This document shows positions 24,258 through 36,848 of a DNA stretch of 64,000 nt, piece by piece (positions within the stretch are counted from its first letter, which is position 1; each line of letters starts with the position of its first letter). Origin of the DNA: Octopus sinensis. Taxonomy: Eukaryota. The position numbers and the translations under genes are program-made. A model generated the notes under the pieces. The model made no database searches and was not told the DNA's origin. It saw only the letters and a program-made list of their open reading frames with translations. The stretch is taken from assembly GCF_006345805.1 (NCBI RefSeq), contig NC_043000.1:30876001-30940000 (forward strand), written 5' to 3'.

Positions 24258-24634
24258 ACTAGCACTATGACCCGGCGTTGCCGGGGCATAGTGCTAGTGC
24301 ATGATTATACAGCTGCGTGCCTGCGCGCATACACACGAGTACTGTCCAAATCTCCGACCAATCACACACAGCTAGCTGGCATTCAATTGGCGTATCAAGT
24401 TTCAGGCATTTTGATTGGGTTTTGGATAGAAAATTCACAAAAAAGTCACTTCTATTGATTTTTTTAATGGCTTTGCAGAGTGACTGGGGAAATGTAAAGA
24501 TGTGCACAACCACCCTTGGACGGTTTTCAATGACCATAGAAAGTGCGAGCCCTCTAACTGTAAAATTGTGGATTTGTATAAAGGATACACACACACATAC
24601 ACAGCCATTTTGCCGTTTATATATAGAGAGAGAT
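24258..24634 (+). mobile_element. Non-autonomous Helitron/Helentron-associated (HINE/DINE-1/Lep1-like) element
   Basis: Begins ACTAG with a 41-nt hairpin, internal (CA)n, ends TTTTGCCGTTTATATATAGAGAGAGAT. No TSD. Further copies at 27907, 30887-31485 and 48243. Confidence 0.7.
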
Positions 24635-27600
24635 ATTTGAAGAACATGGTGTCTTTTTAATAAGCACAAATGTCGAGTGTAAATCATTCAGGATTTTATT
24701 GTGCTGTTCACTAATCTATTTATACCCCAAACAACAAGCAGACTGACTCAAGTCTCATGAGCTCTAGGACTCATGATAACTGAGCTTGACTCTGTTTTCA
24801 TGATGTTTGATTAAGGGACATTACAACCCTCCGCACTGGATGGGCTGCCAGTCCATCACAGGATTAACTTCCCAGTTATTGTTGGAACTCATTTACAGCT
24901 GAGTGAACTGGCTTCCATGCCAGTGGCACATAAAAGGGCACCATTTGAGTGTGATCGTTACCAACGTCGCCTTACTGGCACCTGTGCTGGTGGCATGTGT
25001 AAAAGATTCGAGCGAGGTTGTTGCCAGTACCTCCTGACTGGCCCCCGTGCCGGTGGCACGTAAAAAGCACCCACTGCACTCTCGGAGTGGTTGGCGTTAG
25101 GAAGGGCATCCAGCTGTAGAAACTCTGCCAAATCAAGGTTGGAGCCTGGTGCAGCCATCTGGTTCGCCAGCCCTCAGTCAAAATCGTCCAACCCATGCTA
25201 GCATGGAAATCGGATGTTAAACAATGATGATGGATCAGGGCAACGTGAAGTGAATTGTTTTGAACAGAATTCATTTGCTTCATCCAGTAATTGAAACCAT
25301 GGTTTTACAATCTTGAGTGCAACCACCTAACCACTAGGCCACAAGCCTCCACAACAACAAGTGGACAGAGTTTAACAAAAAAAATGAAATTTCAATACCC
25401 TGTCTAAAAGCCTCAAGGCCTACAAGGTGTAGGTGTGGATATGTTCAAAGAACATTTAAATAAATTTAGTCTGATATACCAAATGAACGCACATCACAGC
25501 AAGAAGTACAAAGAAGGGCAGCTTTGTGTAACTCACTGCTTTGCCAGAACCAAATCTGGTGAAAGGTTTGGGGAAGTGAGTTAAAAGTAATTAGCAGTCA
25601 CACTAATTGTGGTGCTCCAGCATGGTCATAGCCCTTGGCTGAAACCATTAAAAGATGAACTTCACTCATGAAACAATAAATAATTGCCTTCATAAAACAT
25701 ATTCTTTCATTGTGCGTTTGTTTTGTTTCTCTCTTCATTTAAGCAGTAAAATACTTTTATTATTACTGCGTCCAAAGGGACCAAGCTTAGTGATGAGATG
25801 TTAGAGGATGAAGACAAGAGACTGGCTAAATGAGGTTGGGGCAGCTTAAGGATCTTTTCAGTTTGACCAGCAGTTTTTTCTAGCGGTGTCATATGAAATT
25901 ATCACCCTAGTATAGATCTATTGCATTTCAATGTTTTAGGGGTGCTGGGAAGGGTATATTTTTTTCTTCAGAAATGTAAATAAACCCAATCTGTTTTTTA
26001 AACAAGGGACATATTCATACGGCACAGAATGTTTTCACCTCAATAGACGTCATTGATTGGTTGAAATTGCAGAAATTGAAGCAAAAATACAACAAATATC
26101 TTACAAACTATAGAATTTTCTCAATAAAGCCAAGCGAAAAAGATGTTTTATAAACACATTCTAATAGTATACGAAGTTTAAAAGTGTTTAGTTACATGGA
26201 AATTATTTTAAAAAACTGCCGGTCAACTGAAAAGATCCCGGCTTAATATTGAAGAGATATTGTGAGATGGGAAACTAGTTGGCTCAAGTCACACACATTA
26301 AAGGATTGAGTTTATATATCATCATCATCAATTGTAAAAGACTTTTATTTTACTGATAAAAACTTTAAACCAGTCTCAACCGTTTCATACATGTATCAAA
26401 GCAACTGTTTCTTTGTTTTTTTTCTTTTTAATTTGCAAGGGTGAACAGAATTTTAAACCAGAAATTTTTCGTAAAATATGCTCACATAGTTGCAGGTATG
26501 GCTCTGTGGTATGAACCACATATTTCTGGGTTCAAACTGTGGGCCAACCAAGGCCTTGTGAGCGGATGTGGTCAACGGAAAATGAAAGTAGCCTCTGTGT
26601 GTGTGTATATACCTTTATGTTTTTGTCCCCCTGTTACAGCTTGACAAAGTGTTGGTTTGTTACATGCCTGCAGTTTGACAAAAAGAAAACTGGTAAAATA
26701 AGTACAAAGCTTTAAAAAAATAACAAGTACTGGGGTTGCTTTGTTAAATTAAACCCTTTAAAGCAGAGCTCCAGCATGGCTGCAGCCTAATAACTAAGAC
26801 ACAAATAAAAGATTCATGTCAATTCATACAAATTCCTATTATCAAAGGCAATCATGATCATCATCATTTAATGTCTGTTTTCCACGCTAGCATGGGTTGG
26901 ACGGTTTGACCGGGGTCTGGAAGCCATGGAGGATACCCTTCCTAACGCCAACCACTCCATGAGTGTAGTGGGTGTCTTTTACATGCCACCGGCACAGGGG
27001 CCAGAGCAGGCTGGCAAACAGCCATGATCGGTTGGTGCTTTTATATGTCACCGACACGGATGCCAGTCAGGCGGCGCTGGCATCTGCCATGTTCGAACAG
27101 TGCTTTTTACGTGTCACCGGCATGGGTGTCTTAACTACAATTTCCATTTGAATTTTTATTTTGATGTTGATGTACTTGACTCAAGAACAGCGGGTCACTC
27201 TACGATCGAAGGTTAGCACAGCAGGCCGTCCTGCGAGCCATGAACTCACTTCATTTGTCAGGTCTTGGAAGATATATTTTTTTTCTAATTCATGCTTTAA
27301 AGTGTACATTAGTCATTTGGAAGATTTTAAAACTATTTAAAAAAGGTGCAGTGCAAACGAACTGAGCACGCTTTTACGCCTCAGTATAAAAGTGGGTTTC
27401 ATTGTTATTTAAATGAAACCTGATATGTTTGAATGGTAGACAGATTAGTGATATTACTATACGGTAAGTTAAACTGATGGAAGGCAAAATGTCTTTATTT
27501 TGTATTTTAAAATGAAACTGAAACCATCAGTCTTTTATCCCCCTCCCCAAAAATTTCGGGCCTTGTGCCTAGAGTAGAAAAGAATAAAATAAGTATCAGT

Positions 27601-27906
27601 ACAGTACTGGGGTTGATGTAATTGGCTTGTGCCTATGGCAGAAAGGATTACTTTTACCAAAGTGGTAAGTTTACAGAATTACATCTGAAAAAATACTTTA
27701 CTGCATTTCTTCCCACTCATTATATTTGAGTTTCAATTTTGCTGGGGTCAACTTGGCTTTTCATCTTTTCAGGGTTGATAAAATCAGTACAAGCTGAGCA
27801 TAGGAATTGCTATAATCAACTGGCTTTGTGCCAGAATTAGAAATTTATGACAGGTACCTTTGGAAGTATACTTCTGCTGCCATGGTTAATATCAAAAGTA
27901 TGGCAT

Positions 27907-28239
27907 GCTAGTGCATGCATATACAGCTACGTGCGTGCGCACATACACGCAAGTACTGTCCAAATCTCTGACCAATCACATACAGCTAGCTGGCATTCAG
28001 TTGGCGTATCAAGTTTCAAGCATTTTGATTGGGTTTTGGATAGAAAATTCACAAAAAAGTCACTTCTATTGATTTTTTAATGGCTTTGCAGGGTGACTGG
28101 GGAAATGTAAAGATGTGCACAAACACCCTTGGACAGTTTTGAATGACCATAGAAAGTGCAAGCTCTCTAACTGAAAAATTGTGGATTTGCATACAGGATA
28201 CGCACAGACAGACATTTTGCCATTTATATATATAGAGAT
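27907..28239 (+). mobile_element. HINE-like element copy lacking most of the 5' hairpin
   Basis: Body near-identical to 24258-24634. Confidence 0.75.
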
Positions 28240-28999
28240 GATCAAATGAATACTAACTTTCAAAAAAAAAAAAAAAAGATCCTAGAATATTAAATAAACA
28301 AAACAATGCTACTCATTGTTCTGTTTTGCTTACAGAGAGCTTCTCCTTATTTCTCATTTGTGTAACTTCTCCCATATGTTCTGTTGAAGTGGTTCTCTTC
28401 TCCACTAACAATGGTAAATTATTTAGGCCTCAGCAGTCACTGAATAAAACTTTACATTTCTTTCTTTCTTTCTAATTGAAATGAATTGTTAATATATTTG
28501 ATTCACTTTTTGTTCTGCTGTGAATAACCTGCTCTATAATAAGAATATAAATTATTAGTGTAAAATTGAAACCTAAAACCATTAATTGTTGTAACATGTA
28601 AACTACCATAGACACTCTAGATCTCTAAAATTACTATTTGCCTGTTTGTATTGTCCGGGCAGCCCCTCTTTGGGTTAGCTTTAGATACCTTCTTCTGTCA
28701 GTGGCCTACTTAAATGTTCTCTGCTGGTTCTTACTGAAATTAGTGATGTGATTAATTAAGGTGGCAGACAAACTGAAACATGAGCTGTTGCATACACATT
28801 AAATGGTTTAAATATGATGAATATTTCAGTCACATCATTCTCCTTCAGTTCGGTTGTAGATTTACAATCAGCAAACCATCTCCATGGTTTGAAGACATGT
28901 CTATGAGCCACATTTTCTGTGAACTATTGGTGAATGTGTCCACAAACCATCTTGGGAGTTATTAGAGAGTCTCAGTGACACAACAAACATCATTTACCA

Positions 29000-29394
29000 A
29001 ATTTATTTCTTTACTACCCACCAGGGGCTAAACACAGAGGGGATAGACAAACGGATTAAGTCGATTACATCGACTCCAGTGCGTAACTGGTACTTTATTT
29101 AATCGACCCCGAAAGGATGAAAGGCAAAGTCAACCTCAGTGAAATTTGAACTCAGAACGTAACGGCAGACAAAATACATATTTCTTTACTACCCACAAGG
29201 GGCTAAACACAGAGGACAAATGGATTAAGTCGATTACATCGACCTCAGTGCATAACTGGTACTTTATTTAATTGACCCCGAAAGGATGAAAGGCAAAGTC
29301 GACCTCGGCAGAATTTGAACTCACAACGTAACGGCAGACGAAATACGGCTACGCATTTCGCCCACCGTGCTAACGTTTCTGCCAGCTCTACGCC
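29000..29394 (-). mobile_element. Head-to-tail dimer of Nin-like SINE
   Basis: Two bodies joined at GAAATA(T)GTATTT, enclosed by one 14-bp TSD AACATCATTTACCA (28986-28999 / 29395-29408). Confidence 0.85.
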
Positions 29395-30414
29395 AACATC
29401 ATTTACCATATCTTTAAATTTTTGTTTTGGCTGATTAGCCCAGTGTGTTACCTAGTTAAATACATCCTTATGGCTCCCATCTGTCAGGTTTAATGTCATC
29501 TTTTGGCTCTTGTGTGTCTTTAGTAGAAATCCTTCTATTATAAGTCACTTGAACTAGGCTTCATCAAGATGTTTCAATCTTCTCTCAACATACTGACAGA
29601 AAAGATTTCTTAGTGGAGGTTTGTTGCCAGCTAGAATGAAGATCTTGTGAGTCACAGCTCAGTATTTTCTTCCCCACTGTCTTGCCAAGCATAGGTTAGT
29701 GACCCAATGCCACTAACATCCATCTAGGTCACTTACAGGGGTAGAGCTACTGGGGCCTTGTATCCTTCACTCTGTTCACAAAGAAAACAAACCAAGTAAT
29801 ATGATTTAATGAGATATTGGTCAAAATACTGTTCAATCCACAGGTCAATCCTCCCTTTTTTTTTCATATTCATAGACAAAGATCTACCTATGTACCATAC
29901 ATTATATCCTACACACATTCCTTTTCAAGAGAGATGCTTAGCAGTATTTCGTCTGCCGTTACATTCTGAGTTCAAATTCCGTCGAGGTCGACTTTGCCTT
30001 TCAACCTTTCGGGTCGATTAAATAAGTACCAGTTACACACTGGGGCCGATGTAATCGACTTAATCCGTTTGTCCCTTCTGTGTTTAGCCCCTTGTGGGTA
30101 GTAAAGAAATAATAAGGCTACGTCTAATTTTGAGATCTGGCTCAACTCCCAGCTCATGATGACCCCATCTGTTTCTTGATGTAGAAATTGTCAAATTACA
30201 CCACTTACAGTGTGTGCCAATGAAGCTCTCTTGTGATCCAGTCTATCAGAGGTTCAGTTTTACTCCTTCCCAGTCAATAATCTACTTGCCTATACTTCCA
30301 ACATTGCACTCATTCAAGACATGATTCTAGTTTTCACTCTTTCCTAACCTATTTTCATCCGTGTGTTCCCCCCCCCCCACACACACACACAGTCTATATA
30401 CCTTATATTGAACC

Positions 30415-30589
30415 ACTCGCCATGATAGATCGTTAGCCACTACACACATTTTTTTCTCTCCTTGTTTTTTCTGTAGAAGAGCGTAGGCTCGAAACGTAAA
30501 AGACTTTTTCTATTCCTGAGCATTATACTAATACATATGTTTGTTTTGTACACCACCGGTCTTCGTCTTTCGTTTTTTTCGTAAACTCT
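30415..30589 (+). mobile_element. 175-bp Penelope-like/retrozyme-like mini-element with degenerate minimal hammerhead motif
   Basis: 14-bp TSD CCTTATATTGAACC (30401-30414 / 30590-30603). Motif CTGTAGA-A-GAGC-GTAG-GCTC-GAAA-CGT-A at 30471-30498. Confidence 0.6.
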
Positions 30590-30886
30590 CCTTATATTGA
30601 ACCTGCCCTGCCTCCATGAATAATGAGCCTAGAGCAATCTCCTTAATCTCTAGACTTTACTCTCTGCATCCCCCAGACAGATTGGCATAGAATTACTCCC
30701 CAACACATCCAACTTCTGATCCTAAGGCAGCCATGTTTCCTCACTCTACTAATACAACAGTGGGGCTTGTATTCCATATAGCAGATTAGTCTTGTATCAA
30801 CTCAGACTTACCCAACTCTGATGTTTCTACTCCTATCGCTCCTTGTCCTGCATAATCTACTATCATCATCATCGTTTAACGTCCGT

Positions 30887-31485
30887 TTCCCCAGTCACTC
30901 CGCAAAGCCATTAAAAAATCAATAGAAGTTACTTTTTTACTCTTTTACTTGTTTCAGTCATTTGACTGCAGCCATGCTGGAGCACCGCCTTTAGTCGAGC
31001 AAATCGACCCCAGGACTTATTCTTTGTAAGCCCAGTACTTATTCTATCAGTCTCTTTTGCCAAACTGCTAAGTGACGGGGACGTAAACACACCAGCATCA
31101 GTTGTCAAGCAATGCTAGGGGGACAAACACAGACACACACACATATATATATACGACGGGATTCTTTCAGTTTCCGTCTACCAAATCCACTCACAAGGCT
31201 TTGGTTGGCCCGAGGCTATAGTAGAAGACACTTGCCCAAGATGCCACGCAGTGGGACTGAACCCGGGACCATGTGGTTGGTAAGCAAGCTACTTACCACA
31301 CAGCCACTCCTGCGCCTTTTGTGAATTTTCTATCCAAAACCCAATCAAATTGCCCAAAACTTGATACGCTAATTGAATGCCAGCTAGCTGTATGTGATTG
31401 GTTGGAGATTTGGACAGTGCACGCACACAGCTGTATATGCATGTGCTTGAACTATGACCCGGCAACGCCGGATCATAGTGCTAGT
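30887..31485 (-). mobile_element. HINE-like element (minus) split by a CORE-like SINE (30938-31316)
   Basis: Hairpin end at 31485. The HINE body is contiguous on both sides of the SINE (GAAGTTACTTTT / TTTTGTGAATTTTC). Confidence 0.75.
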
Positions 31486-32540
31486 ACATTATATAGAGCT
31501 TCTATGCCTGTTCCTTTTCTGCATATTGAGCATGGTTATTTCCCTGTTAGTATCAAAGTCCTGTCTTTTCTATGTAATAAAACTCTGGTCTTTGCCAAGT
31601 TTTGTCTAACATCTTTTGATTATAGGGTTTAAAGACATGCCAGAAACCTGGTCTGTCTTTAAGTTTTTCTCAGACTCTGTTACAAGAATTAGGTCTTCAA
31701 CATATAGTTGTTGCTGTGGACTCCTCTGTTATTGCTGGGAGAAATTATAATTAAGAAGAGTCTGAGGAGTAAGTTTTGGTGAACACCAGCCTGACTATTA
31801 ATTCCTCATTTAATTCCGCCGTTTGGGACAGTACAGCTACAGCTTGATATGTATTTATCTGTCATACTTTGCCATTAAACACATTCATCCACACTAGTTA
31901 ATTACTGAACTAAATATATATCATGTTCATTTTGGCATGGTTACTATGGCTGCATACCCTTCCTAATGCCAACCACTTTACTGTGTATACAGCTTGTATT
32001 TTGTTTTAACTGGTGCTATATAAAAAGCCTGCTGGTACACTCCATAATGTGGTTGGTGTTCGGAAGGGCATCCAGTCATAGAAAATGTCAAAACAGACAA
32101 TTAAAGCCTGGTGCAGCTTTCCGGTTGCCCAGCATGGAAAACAAATTAAATGATAATGATTGTCATCACATTAGATTCATTTTCCCTGCTGGATGGGTTG
32201 GACAGGCATAAACTTGGCTGTGTGGTTCAGATGTTTGCTTCCCAACCACATAGTTTTGGGTTCAATCTTGCTGCATGGCACCTGAAGGAAGTGTCTTTTG
32301 CTATAGCCCCAGACCATTGGAGGCCATGTGAGGAGATTTGATGGGCAGAAACTGAAAACAATCTTTTGTGTGTACGTGTGTGTTTTGACTCCTTGTCTTG
32401 ACACCACATGACAATTGTAGATGGGTGTCTTTGTCGTACAAGCTGTTTTGGTCATCTCCAATATTTTGCGAGAACGTGGCTGGCCCTGGTTAAATATTAC
32501 TTTGCTTGGAAACTGGTGAGGGTTGGTGACTAAGAACATC

Positions 32541-35500
32541 TACGTGGTTGGGTTGAAAAATTCGCTGTGAAATCTTGCATGCATTAATTTCAACTCTTCT
32601 TATTAATAAGTGCATTGTTTCTTTCCAAGTAAACTGACATCCCACTGTTAAAAGTAAACTTCGAAAGTAGCTAGTAGTGACAACAAAATTTGACCTTGTG
32701 ATACTTTTAAGTACCTGCTGAAGAAGGGCTTAACCTTCAAGGTGGCTCATGGTCTGGATTTCCTGCAACTACCACCGCTGAGGAAAACATGGTGTTACCT
32801 CATGGTGATAGATGACAGGCGATTGAGTATAAGTCATATGGCCAAAACTGTTAGTACATATATATGTATATCCTGTGAGAAAATGGAGAATATTCTGCAC
32901 AATGATCTTGACATGACAAAAATTTTGGTTTGGTAGATGCCATGCCTTCTGACACCTGATCAGATGCACACCAGGTTGGTCATCATCATCATTTAACATC
33001 ACGCTGGGATGGTTTGAACAGAGCTGGCAAGCTGGAAGGCTGTACCAGACTCTAGTCTGATTTGGCATGATTTCCACGCCAGTGCCGGTGGCACGTAAAA
33101 GAACCATCCGAACGTGGCCGTTGCCAGCACCACCTCGACTGGCCTCCGTGCTGGTGGCACATAAAAAGCACCAACCAATTGTGGCCACTGCCAGCCTCGC
33201 CTGGCATGTAAAAAGCACCCACTACACTCACGGAGTGGTCGGTGTTAGGAAGGGCATCCAGCTGTAGAAGCACTGCCAGATCAGACTGGGCTTGGTGCAG
33301 CCTCCTGGCTTCCCAGACCCCAGTCGAACCGTCCAACCCATGCTAGCATGGAAAGTGGACATTAACCGATGATGATGCCTTTCCTAACGCCAACCAGTTC
33401 AAGAGTGTAATGGGTGCTTTTACGTGCCATTGGTACAGGGGACACCAGTATCTGCCCTAACTACAGTTTTACTTGGCTTCATGGGTCTTCTTCTCATGCA
33501 CGGCATAATTGTCAAAGGTCTCAGTCATTTGTAATTGCCGCTATGAGGTCCAACACTTGAAAGATAATTTTTATTGGCCACCTTGCCTCCATGAAGCCCA
33601 ATGTTCGAAAAGTACTTTTCATATGACACCAGCATCAGCCACAGCTACGATTTCATTTGGCTTCACTGGTTCTTCTCAAGCATGGCATGTAGCCAAAGAT
33701 CTTGATCACTAGTCATTGCCTCTGTGAAGCCTAATTTTAAAGGTCATGCTTCATCACCTCATCCCATGTCTGCCTCTACTACACGTTTCCACCAGTTATC
33801 CATCGGCACTTCTTTACACAGCTGTCCTTGTCCTTATGCATCACATGACCATACCAACACAGACTCTTGTGCACCACATCTGATGCCTCTTATGCCCAAC
33901 TTTTCAATGCACACTAACATTGCACATCCAGTCATACTGGCCTCATTTCTTTCATGCCTACACATCCTCAGCTATCACAGCCCTTGTTTTACTGTCATGT
34001 AGCATAGCTGTTCGCACACAGGCATCGTACAATCTGTCTTTCACTCTGAGAGAGAAACACTTTGTTGCCAGCAGAGGTAGGAGCTCTCTGAACTTTGCCC
34101 AGCCTATTCTTATTCTTGCAGCTATGCTTTCAGAGCATCCACCTCCACTACTAACTTGGTCACCAAGATAACAGATGCTATCTACTACCTCTAGCTTACC
34201 CTGATGGTAGTCAATAGAATCTATTTTTAGTATTTATTATACCTGTGCATCTTCCACATACAAAAATGATACTCCCAGTTAACCTTCCTCTGATATTGCT
34301 GCACCTCTTATGTGTCCATAGCTTGCACTGGGTACATGTTATGGAGTTTCTACCAATGCCTTACCTACAGATTAAACAGGGCCATCTACCGGAAGGGGTT
34401 TGTGATTTGTCCGCCTTTCTACTTATTAGGAGTTTTGTTTTTGCTACACTGACTGTAAGGCCCTTTGATTCTAGACCTTGCTTCCACACCTGAAATATCT
34501 TCTCTAGATCTGGTAGTGATGCCTCTATGACAGCAAGCTCATCTGCATAGAGGGCTATGATGAATAAGAGGGGGATGAGAACCAATCTACTTGTACCCTG
34601 GATTCCTTGCTATACTCATTGCTAACCATCACCTTATTGACAGCATCCCTGTACATGACATGCATGGCTCTCACCAACCACTCATCTATCCCTACCTTCC
34701 GCATTGACCACCAGATAAGGGAGCGGGGTACTCTGTCAAAGCTTTCTCCATGTTGACAAAAGCCAGGTACTGGTGTTTAATTTTGGCTAGATATATCTCC
34801 TGCAGTTGCCTAACTAGGAATATAGCATTAGTCATGCTCCTGCCTGGCACAAATCCGATCAGTATCTCATCTGTGCTAATTCTTTCCCTAATTAATTGAG
34901 CTATGACCCTCTCTGTGACTTTCATCGCCTGATCCAACAGTTTGATGCCTCTGTAATTGTTCCTGTCTAAGGTGTCACCTTTGCCTTTGTAGCCTTTGAC
35001 TATGATGCTACAACACTAATCGTTGGGTTTGACTCCCTTGTAGACAGCCTGATTACCTATGCGGGTGACTAGGCTATATCTTACTCTGTCAGATATTTTA
35101 AGCATCTCAGCAGAAATACCTGATGAACTGAGTGCTTTCCTTGTCTTCATGTTCTTAATTGCTTTATCTAAGCTACTGTCGATTCAGATAGCTGGTTTCT
35201 CTGTTGGGTCAACATTTGGCAGACTCACCTCCTCCTGTTTCATTCTCCACATTTAGCAGTTTTTCATAATGGCATTTCCAAGCCTCTTTCTTGCAGAATA
35301 ATTAAATGCCGGTGCACCACCATCCATGTGGGCACAATTTTCTCTTATTGTCTTTGCTATCTGAAACACTTCCAGCCTTTGGTCCTCACATTGCTGAACA
35401 TAGGCAAACTTCTTTTCTGCTTCTCCTCTAGATAGATATACCTGTCTCCTAGCTTCCCTTCTGGCTATCTGATACAGTTCCCTGCTACTCCAACTCTTCC

Positions 35501-36137
35501 AGTCCTGTTTCTTTGCTCTAATCACGGGACAATCTAACATTGTTACAGGTAGATCCAGTTAGTTACCTTGAACATTTCCTAACCCAGTATGAGTGTTGGC
35601 TTCACTATTTTGAACCAGAGACAAAGAGACACTGCATTCAGTGGAAACACTTCCTCACCTGCTCCAAAGAAGGTAATGGCCTCAGTTTTTGTGGATGCAA
35701 AAGGCATTGTTTATTGATTGTCTTCAGAAAGGCCACATCATCAATGGAGAGTACTGTGTCAACTTGCTGAAGCTGTTATGGAAGGCTATTAAGACCAAAT
35801 GCTCAGGAAAACTGATGAAACAAGTTTTGTTTCAATGGTTGCTGTGCATGTCTGTACCTTTGAACTGCTTGATCACCATCCTTATTCTCCTGATTTGGCC
35901 CCATCTATCGTCTGTCTCCCAGCATGAAGAAAACACTTGGTTAGGAACTAGTATCTCAGTGATGGTGATGCTGTATCTACTGTTGATGACTCTTTTGAGC
36001 AACAGGATGAAAGATTCTTCAGCAATGGGATCCAAGCACTCAGCACCAATGGAAGAAGTGTGTAAATGGCAAAGGGGACTATGTTGAAAAATAAACCTCA
36101 TTTGGTCACCCTATGAGGTTTTCAGCTGACTATTGTA
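32541..36137 (+). mobile_element. Mariner (Tc1/mariner) transposon remnant split by a 2.5-kb RTE insertion
   Basis: Degenerate TA-flanked TIRs at both ends. HTH part DDRRLSI...ENILHNDLDMTK...LLTPDQ (about 32750-32965). Catalytic part RDNL...FLTQ-ECW-HYFEPETK...HPPYSPDLAPS-like...DYVEK* (35522-36092). Confidence 0.85.
32981..35520 (-). mobile_element. 5'-truncated RTE LINE with a nested opposite-strand RTE 3'UTR (33079-33377)
   Basis: (CAT)n tail at 32981, 3'UTR, and RT motifs (ALYADEL, KGLTVSVAKTK, WPCLICR, DQAMKVTERVIAQL) on the minus strand. Confidence 0.88.
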
Positions 36138-36649
36138 AGCATAGAACACCTATGTCAATAAACTCTGTTTGGTCGTGCAAGCATGGAAATGTGGACCAAG
36201 TCCTGTGCCGGTGGCATGTAAAAAGCACCAACCGATCATGGCCGTTGCCAGCCTTGCCTGGCACGTAAAAAGCACCCACTACACTCACGGAGTGGTTGCC
36301 ATTAGGAAGGGCATCCAGCTGTAGAAACACTGCCAGATCAGACTGGGCCTGGTGCAGCCTCCTGGCTTCCCAGACCCCGGTCGAACCGTCCAACCTATGC
36401 TAGCATGGAAAACGGACATTAAACAATGATGATGATATGCACGCACACACACACACACGCTTTCACACTCATTCACTCACTAAACTCTGTGAAACACTTA
36501 GAAACGTAACTACTTACATTCAGAGTTTAGTCAATACCATTTAAGTCATTGCCATTTTCATCAACAGTTTCCAGTATGCTTCCCTTTGCAATGATGGTCA
36601 ACAAGTTGTAAAAAAACTACAAATGATTTAATTATATTTCAGGCATAAA

Positions 36650-36848
36650 GGCGGCGAGCTGGCAGAAACGTTAGCACGCTGGGCGAAATGCTTAGCGGTA
36701 TTTCGCCTGTCGTTATGTTCTGAGTTCAAATTCCGCCGAGGTCGACTTTGCCTTTCATCCTCTTGGGGTCGATGTAATCGACTTAATCCCTTTGTCTGTC
36801 CTTGTTTGTCCCCTCTATGTTTAGCCCCCTGTGGGTAGTAAAGAAACA
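36650..36848 (+). mobile_element. Nin-like SINE
   Basis: 17-bp TSD TATATTTCAGGCATAAA (36633-36649 / 36849-36865). Other monomers at about 23670-23879, 29930-30110 and 41182-41412. Confidence 0.88.
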
